Source of the DNA: Candidatus Pelearchaeum maunauluense
GTDB lineage: Archaea > Thermoproteota > Nitrososphaeria_A > Caldarchaeales > Caldarchaeaceae
Reading direction: 5' to 3'
NCBI GenBank assembly: GCA_030059675.1
Contig: JANVYQ010000009.1
Coordinates: 1 to 58,410 of the forward strand
DNA: 58,410 bases
The stretch's first letter is position 1. Each line of letters starts with the position of its first letter. The notes beneath the pieces are model-generated. The model had not been told where the DNA came from, made no database searches, and saw only the letters and a list, made by a program, of their open reading frames with translations. This document shows positions 55,120 through 58,410 of this stretch, piece by piece. Made by a program: the position numbers and the translations under genes.

Positions 55120-56555
55120 CTACGCGTGCTGCGAAAGCTTCTTGTCGTATCTTGTAGCCACCATAACCAGCTTCTCCGCAGACTTGGCTAGTTGCTGGGC
55201 TATTCCAGCAAGCTGCTCGGCAGCGCTCGTCTGCTGCTCTGTAGCGGCAGAAACCTGCTCAACAGCGGCGGCGTTCTCCTCGGCTATTGAGGCAAGCTCG
55301 TTGATAGCGTTGGATATGTTCTCCACGTTCTGCATAACCGATGAGACGCTGCCAGCAACCTCGCTGGTGTTGTTGGCTATATTCTGCAAAGCCACGAGCG
55401 TCTTGTTGATTGTGTCAGCGCTCTCATTAACCTCGCTACTGCTGGTCTCCATCAGCCTAGTAGCGTTCTCTATCTCGCCTGTCACACCCTCTATTATGCG
55501 CGAAATCTTCTCGGTTGCCTTTGAAGAGTCATCAGACAGGCGCTGACCTCGTCAGCAACCACCGCAAAGCTCCGCCCAGCCTCACCGGCTTTAGCAGCCT
55601 CAATAGCAGCGTTAAGAGCCAAGAGATTAGTCTGGTCAACAATCTTGTTAATAACCTCAAGTATCGTCGTAACATGCCGCGACTTCTCCGCCAGCGCCTT
55701 GGTACTCTCACTGGACGCTGCTACGCTTTCCTTGATTCTGTTAAGCTTCTCAGTGGCCTCGCTGGTCATAGAAGCCCCCTGAGCAGCCATGGCGGTTATC
55801 TCGTTGGCCTTCTCGTGAGCACTGCGCGCAACAGCAGCAGACTCCTTGGATATCTTATTAATCTCAGCCAAGTTCTGCGACCGCGTCTGAACGCCCTTCG
55901 CTATCTCAGAGATACTGTTGGAAATCTGCTCTATTGAAGACCTAACCTCGTCGCTTGATGAGGAGAGCTGCTGACCAGCCGTCTCAACCTCCTTACCTAT
56001 CTCCAGCAACCGCGAGATATAGGTGTCTATGTACGCGTCTATAACCAGCTGCATGTCTATATTCAATATCTTTAGGAACGCCAGCAAGACTTTTGAGAGC
56101 TTGCCAGGCTTCATCCAGTATCTTTTGACAATCTCTGGGATTATCTCATTCCAGTAGAGGACGTATGCGCCTAGGTAGTATTTGGGCAGGAGATTTATTC
56201 TGTCATGGGCCTTCCCTATCCTCAGACGCTCCTCAAAATACTCGGCATCACAATTACCTTCCGAGAGGCGTATTAGGTATTGTTTCTGGAGATTCATGAG
56301 CCTCTGGACTATGCCTGGCGTGGAGAGCAGTTGCCTAGTTTCTTCAAATTTCTGTAGATGCTCATTGAACTTCTCCACAAATCTATCAGCCACGGCTTTA
56401 AAGAGGCTGTTAAGCTCTTTCAAAAACTCCTCGTCTTCCTTCGTAAATTGCACGAAACGCTTACGCAGCTCCCGTTCCTCCGCATCTATCACAAGCGTAG
56501 TACCAGCCGCGCGCCTGCTCTCAGGATGTTCCTGCAACTGTATTTGAGCGCACAT
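55120..56555 (-). pseudogene. Globin-coupled sensor / HemAT-like soluble chemoreceptor with a 1-nt frameshift at about 55543
   Basis: Protoglobin-like N-terminus ([33 protein letters not shown]); MCP tip [30 protein letters not shown]; the other frame continues [13 protein letters not shown]...AEENAAAVEQVSAATEQQ. Confidence 0.85.
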
Positions 56556-56811
56556 ACTCCTTCACACTTGAAGGTTAAAAGCCATTAACGAGAAACACAA
56601 TAACTCTAGAATAACTCTTCGGAATACTACACGATTTAACCCGAGAATAAACTATAAGGGACATAGCCCATGTGAAAAGTAAAAATGAATGGCGTATTTC
56701 GCATTTTGACGCTAAAATAGGCATATCCAATTCACAGAACTTAAATCAAAATCACCTGCATCAGAAATTCACGAGTTGTTGTAATCTTTATTCCTGCATT
56801 TCCTTCCCTGG

Positions 56812-57297
56812 GTGCTAGAGCGAGGCGCCCCCACAGTAACCGAAGATATGCCTCTTCTTGACGCTTACTCACTCCTCCCACTTAGGCAGATTGACTTCCT
56901 CCCCGTCGTACGCGACTCGCGTATAGTCGGGATGATTATCGGCAAGCAGCTCCTAAACTTACTACATCGCGGTAGAAAATTTGGATATGAAGCGCTCATA
57001 ACGATGAGAGTAAGCGACATCACGATAAGGGACGTGCCAAAGGTTAGGCAGGAGAGGCCTGGGGAGTTCTTCAGTACACGGGTTGAGAACCTCCCCCTGG
57101 CCGAGCCCCTCATAGTTAATGGAGACATTGACGTATCCTGGGCTTGGACAACGGTGTATAAAAGCCCAGCCGAGTGCATACTCTTGAAAGAAGCGGAGAA
57201 CTGGCGTATTGTAACGCCTTGGGACTTGGTCGTCAAGCCCTACCTAACTGGGCGTATGCGCCAGCCTACGCGGCTTCTTCAACGACTACAAGGTTAA
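56812..57297 (+). CDS. CBS-domain protein
   Basis: 'PTVTEDMPLLDAY...FLPVVRDSRIVGMI...MRVSDI'. Confidence 0.7.
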   Translation: MLERGAPTVTEDMPLLDAYSLLPLRQIDFLPVVRDSRIVGMIIGKQLLNLLHRGRKFGYEALITMRVSDITIRDVPKVRQERPGEFFSTRVENLPLAEPLIVNGDIDVSWAWTTVYKSPAECILLKEAENWRIVTPWDLVVKPYLTGRMRQPTRLLQRLQG

Positions 57298-57363
57298 TAA
57301 CGTGAGATAACGCCGCAAAAAAGCTGAAAACCTCCAGCGTTGCTAAACCGTTGTTAAGAATCG

Positions 57364-57379
57364 TTTAAAGTATTTAAAT
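57364..57379 (+). promoter_or_regulatory. Putative rRNA operon TATA box(es)
   Basis: TTTAAAGTATTTAAAT about 230 nt upstream of the 16S 5' end. Confidence 0.5.
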
Positions 57380-57604
57380 CAGGCAAACATAACTACATCT
57401 GCGCCACGGTTCCCGACGGCGGTACCGTTTCAAACATGGGGAGAGGCCCTCCCCACGGATGAAGAAACGGCCTCCTACCGTGGTAACAAAATGAGGACCT
57501 AAGGTACACTCACAAAAATCACACTTAGGTCCGAGCACGGGCCCAAACGCCCCCGTACACCCCACAACCCCCAAACCCTTGCAGCCGTCCCATCCCCAGG
57601 CACG

Positions 57605-58410
<806 letters not shown>

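Overview
Chromosomal window from a thermophilic archaeon of the TACK group. The GC-rich 16S rRNA, unsplit RpoA and RpoB, multi-intron tRNA and a non-catalytic splicing-endonuclease subunit suggest an Aigarchaeota/Caldarchaeales-like lineage (inference). Core genes include rpoH-rpoB-rpoA, psmB-aCPSF1, lsm, rpl37e, ahcY, an RPA-like protein, DGGGP synthase, cyoE, FixAB(CX) and pit. They alternate with AT-rich, decaying accessory patches carrying VapBC modules and pseudogenes. Two real genes are missing from the ORF track: a 58-aa short-alpha3 histone and rpl37e. Top candidates: (1) a two-subunit heme-copper oxidase superfamily enzyme whose helix VI His-x3-Tyr is replaced by Asp-x3-Asp and whose subunit II has lost the CuA ligands (gNOR-like), with a coupled HTH regulator; (2) a threonine-synthase homolog lacking the PLP lysine and fused to a PadR-type DNA-binding domain, probably a pseudoenzyme sensor-regulator; (3) the hidden histone in an apparent operon with a GIY-YIG nuclease; (4) tRNA-Leu(TAA) with two introns, 4 nt downstream of rpl37e; (5) a sawtooth G+T/A+C strand skew that flips at intergenic regions regardless of gene orientation. 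All calls come from reading motifs by eye; no database searches were run.
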